64,000 nt of DNA from an uncultured Chlamydiales bacterium. Lineage in GTDB: Bacteria > Chlamydiota > Chlamydiia > Chlamydiales > Rhabdochlamydiaceae. This document shows, one piece after another, positions 61,501 through 64,000 of the stretch (positions are counted from its first letter, which is position 1; every line of letters starts with the position of its first letter). The DNA is taken from NCBI GenBank assembly GCA_963700985.1, contig OY969554.1:1152001-1216000 (forward strand), given 5' to 3'. The position numbers and the translations under genes were made by a program. The notes below the pieces were generated by a model. The model did not search any database. It saw nothing but the letters and a program-made list of their open reading frames with translations, and had not been told where the DNA came from.

Positions 61501-62107
61501 GAATCTCAACCAGATTTTTCCCATCTTTATCGCCTTGTGTCAGCGGCGTAAACACCAGCGAAAACTCAGCGGGATCGATCTCATATTTTTCTGGAGCGCG
61601 AAAGAAGGGCGAAATAGCCAAAAGCTCAGCGGACGTGACATACTCTTGCAGTAGCTGCTTTTGGAATTGTTCTTCTTGTCTTTGAACTTCTTTACTCTCT
61701 GCTTCTTTGATCTTCAGCATCAGATCCGCTTTCTCTTCGACATCGAAGTCTTCTTCTTCGGACATCTGCTTGAAGTCTTCCCCTTTAGAGAAGCTAACTA
61801 AAATACGGTCGAGGTGCTCTTCAATATAATAGAGTAGTGCCGCCAGATGCTGGCAATCGTAGTTATAAGGACAGTCGCAATCTGAATCGATTAGCTCGCA
61901 CTCTTCACGATCGATCTCAATTTGACATTCATAAGTATTCTCAAATTGCCCGCAGATTCGACCGACGATACGCATCACACGGCCGTCCAGTTGCATCAGT
62001 TTGGCGGAAACAACCTTACTTTTCTCAAAAAGTTCTTTTCCTTCTTTGACAATATTCGAAGAAAAATCTTGTTTTAGCTTACGAAAGTTGAGCATGCGCC
62101 TATCCAA
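58598..62107 (-). CDS. SWIM zinc finger + SNF2 helicase
   Basis: CDCPYNYDCQH; LADDMGLGKT, DEAQ, QATDRVHRIG. Confidence 0.95.
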   Translation of the reverse strand: MDRRMLNFRKLKQDFSSNIVKEGKELFEKSKVVSAKLMQLDGRVMRIVGRICGQFENTYECQIEIDREECELIDSDCDCPYNYDCQHLAALLYYIEEHLDRILVSFSKGEDFKQMSEEEDFDVEEKADLMLKIKEAESKEVQRQEEQFQKQLLQEYVTSAELLAISPFFRAPEKYEIDPAEFSLVFTPLTQGDKDGKNLVEIQLALRLPSRSKPLHIPHVKQFLEKMRYGELLFIGSKRFRFSIESFDAAQQEIVRMIMDHARFPDSIGSERAQRAASIDGEVFGMILAKAFELASEDALRRGFSPQDEELPVLTGLYESSLESPLRFSLQPAQFRFALEYIPPPTSKILLNPTLIVDTQIVQLEEAKFFECAKPGMLYRNAYYRFAPQITRLHLRNLHPIREMTIPQPLFGTFVENALPELSRFTDVANQQVIEDFVTLPYVGQVKASCDLSFLNGELDAVVHFHYDKHKIPAASTQLAYAHVSSFVSDDGVLARNLVEERKIIEDLFSDFIFNPEMGAYVTKSDKKIVEFMTDLIPRHQDRVKFNCPQNLLDQFIYDQTKFKLNLTPTERIDMYEIDLKVEGSLKGVKLDQLWECVASKKAFIELESPKSKLKKASEGGKMAKILVLDLERIGNIVQVFDELGILTLEDHKIERPLWSLANIDADSFEGLPVEITISKKLLEIRKQMLGEKQLSFSAVPTEVKATLRTYQGEGVKWLERLRLMYLNGILADDMGLGKTLQAIVAISQLHGRGKKVSLIVCPTSLLYNWKEEFHKFNSGIKALVIDGVPSQRKKLIENFVQHDVVITSYTLLQKDIESYKAVPFSYVILDEAQHIKNRGTRNAKSVKMVQAEHRLILSGTPIENSLDELWSLFDFLMPGFLSGYERFVEKYVRVSGPEQVKNLEYLRKKVAPFILRRMKVDVLDDLPPVSEIVYHCQLSDVQQDLYRSYAASARDELTKLVQRDGFDRVQIHVLATLTRLKQICCHPAIFAKEKPESGDSSKYEMLLDLVQTLIDGKHKTVIFSQYTRMLQIMRADFEQKGIRFEYLDGSSKNRLEVVKKFNDDASIPVFLVSLKAGGTGLNLVGADTVIHYDMWWNPAVENQATDRVHRIGQKNSVSAYKLITLGTIEEKIAEMQKRKKGLVKKVVSCDDEAISKLTWEDVLELLKT

Positions 62108-62325
62108 TAAGACATTATAACCCCTCTCCTACTCCTTCGCATCCGCTTAGGAAATTTGAAAGATTCACGATTTTCGGTAGTTTCTCCATGCTTTTACATT
62201 TTTTCTTTAACTCTCGCAACAAAAAATCTGCCAAAAATCTAAATCCTCAGTAGAAAATTCATTTCTTTGTCGAAAAAGGATGAAAAAAAAAGCTCAGAAC
62301 TTTAATGTCTTTCTTTTGATTTATT

Positions 62326-62397
62326 GCGGGTGTAGCTCAGTGGTAGAGCATCACGTTGCCAACGTGAGGGTCGTGAGTTCGAACCTCATCACCCGCT
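62326..62397 (+). tRNA. tRNA-Gly(GCC)
   Basis: GCGGGTGTAGCTCAGTGGTAGAGCATCACGTTGCCAACGTGAGGGTCGTGAGTTCGAACCTCATCACCCGCT. Confidence 0.96.
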
Positions 62398-62416
62398 ATA
62401 TCTTTTAGGAGACTCA

Positions 62417-63757
62417 ATGGAAAATCAGCCTGAAGCGCACCAGTTCTCGAATGATGCTGTAAGCGTGACCATCCACCATAAACCCAATTGCCGCGTGGAA
62501 TATGAGGTTGACGCTAGGCCCTCTTTAGTGAGACAAGCGCATCAGAAAGCTGTTCGAATGCTAGCTAAAGAAATCTCGCTGCCTGGTTTCCGCAAAGGAA
62601 AAGCTCCAGAAGAACTCATCGTTAAAAAATTCCCGAACGACTTAGATAAAGCTTGGCAAGAAGCTATCGCTGAGTTGGCTTATCGCGAATGTGCGAACCT
62701 CGCACGCGTGACTCTTTTAAATAAAGACACCAGAATCACCTTTAAGATGAGCAGCCACTCTCTACAAGATGGCGCTAAACTCTTCCTTACTTTTGAAACC
62801 CAACCTCAACTTCCTAATATCGATCCTAAAGTGATCCAACTTAAAGATGTTGTCCGGCCAGAAGTGAATGATGAGAAAGTCGAAGAGACCATCAAACAAG
62901 TACAACTCTTCTTTGCAGAATGGAAAGAGATCACAGATCGTCCAGTTAAAGAAGGAGACTTCGTTCTTCTTGATGTCGACGTCATTGAAGAAGAGCCTGC
63001 TGCACGCCTCTTTGCAAATACACGCTTTGAAGTTACGCCAAAATCTATGGCAGAATGGATGCGCAAACTCGTAATTGGAATGAATAGCGCCGAACAGAAA
63101 GAAGGCGTCAGCGTTCCAGATGAAGACGCAAAAGCAGAAGACAAAGCTCAGCTAAAGCCTAAAAAAGTACGCATCACCTTAAAAGCCATCGAAAATGCCA
63201 CCGTTCCTCCAATCGATGAAGAGTTCGCTAAGAAACTCGGTGTAGACACTCTCGAAGATTTGCGTAAATCGTTGCTTCAGCACCTTAATAAGCAAGCCGA
63301 TGCCCATGTGCAAGAGAAGCTACGTGAACAACTCAATGAGATTCTGCTCAATCAGTTCCCCTTTGATCTGCCCAGCAGCCTGATCGAAAAAGAAACTCAA
63401 TTCCGCATGAAACAGCTCCTTGAAGACACTCATTTCCAAAAAGAGTGGCAAGCGATGAAAGACGAAGAGCGCAAAAAGATGGTAGAATCTGTCTATACAC
63501 AGTCAGAAAAAGCCGTGCGCCTCTTTTACCTCTGCCGTAAGGTTATTGCAGATGCAAAACTCACTATCACTGCAGCTGACATGCCTAAGGCCCCAACTAA
63601 CGCTCTCGAAGCGCTCATGACCCCGCAGCCTAACTTCCATGCTCATGAGCACTCCGAAGTACGACAAGCCGAGACCTACTCGCGCCTCGTCCTCGAAAAG
63701 GCCGAAGACTACCTCATCTCCCACGCCACCAAATCCCCTGCCCTCACCTCCAAATAG
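62417..63757 (+). CDS. tig: Trigger factor
   Basis: LPGFRKGKAP ribosome-binding motif; RPVKEGDFV. Confidence 0.93.
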   Translation: MENQPEAHQFSNDAVSVTIHHKPNCRVEYEVDARPSLVRQAHQKAVRMLAKEISLPGFRKGKAPEELIVKKFPNDLDKAWQEAIAELAYRECANLARVTLLNKDTRITFKMSSHSLQDGAKLFLTFETQPQLPNIDPKVIQLKDVVRPEVNDEKVEETIKQVQLFFAEWKEITDRPVKEGDFVLLDVDVIEEEPAARLFANTRFEVTPKSMAEWMRKLVIGMNSAEQKEGVSVPDEDAKAEDKAQLKPKKVRITLKAIENATVPPIDEEFAKKLGVDTLEDLRKSLLQHLNKQADAHVQEKLREQLNEILLNQFPFDLPSSLIEKETQFRMKQLLEDTHFQKEWQAMKDEERKKMVESVYTQSEKAVRLFYLCRKVIADAKLTITAADMPKAPTNALEALMTPQPNFHAHEHSEVRQAETYSRLVLEKAEDYLISHATKSPALTSK

Positions 63758-63806
63758 CGGAGAGCAGATTTTGGTTTATTCAGGGATTGCTTCCTCTTAG
63801 TTAAAT

Positions 63807-63870
63807 ATAGACATGTCGGGGGTTCGGAGAGGGACACGTGAGTGCTCTCCTGAACCCCCGACATGTCTAT
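63807..63870. repeat. 64-bp miniature palindrome with the same termini as the 508-bp element
   Basis: ATAGACATGTCGGGGGTTC...GAACCCCCGACATGTCTAT, perfect 19-bp IR. Confidence 0.85.
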
Positions 63871-64000
63871 GGAGATACAACAAACATATCTCCCACATAC
63901 TCCTCTTCACCAATTCAAATAAAGTAACAGAGTCTTGCCATAATAATCGGAAGAACGGCAATATACTGATATTACCACCTTGGAGGGATATGTACTCGAT

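Noticed and set aside
12287-62107. Two SNF2 helicases as a defence system
   Set aside because: Far apart, in housekeeping context; two SNF2 proteins are usual in Chlamydiae
11550-63870. CRISPR array among the short repeats
   Set aside because: Repeats are inverted pairs, not direct repeats with spacers; no cas genes
63990-64000. Start of next CDS, probably clpP
   Set aside because: Only 11 bases visible; cannot be supported as a feature

Overview
64 kb of chromosome from an environmental Chlamydiae-type bacterium. The taxonomy is inferred from chlamydia-like gene orders (yidD-LysM-pheT-MORN lipoprotein-ogt; trhO-rpsD-murJ-nfo; kdsA-lptB; pck-mreB-SNF2-tRNAGly-tig) and from MOMP/Lpg1974-type porins. 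The housekeeping backbone is interspersed with eukaryote-like putative effectors: an F-box protein, a tandem double U-box protein, a stand-alone SH2-like protein, a Ser/Thr-type kinase, and four tandem small membrane paralogs. It also holds a signal-less 1165-aa fusion of an unknown ~670-aa region to OppA, a truncated Ntox50-like toxin with a duplicated immunity-like gene, and a heptosyltransferase frameshifted in an A9 tract. The most distinctive non-coding signals are a 508-bp GC-rich fold-back element bounded by TAGACATGTCGG termini, with a 64-bp miniature carrying the same termini, and a GxxExxY nuclease-family pseudogene flanked by 31-bp inverted repeats, with gene-less relatives elsewhere in the window. 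All calls come from reading motifs by eye; no database searches were run.
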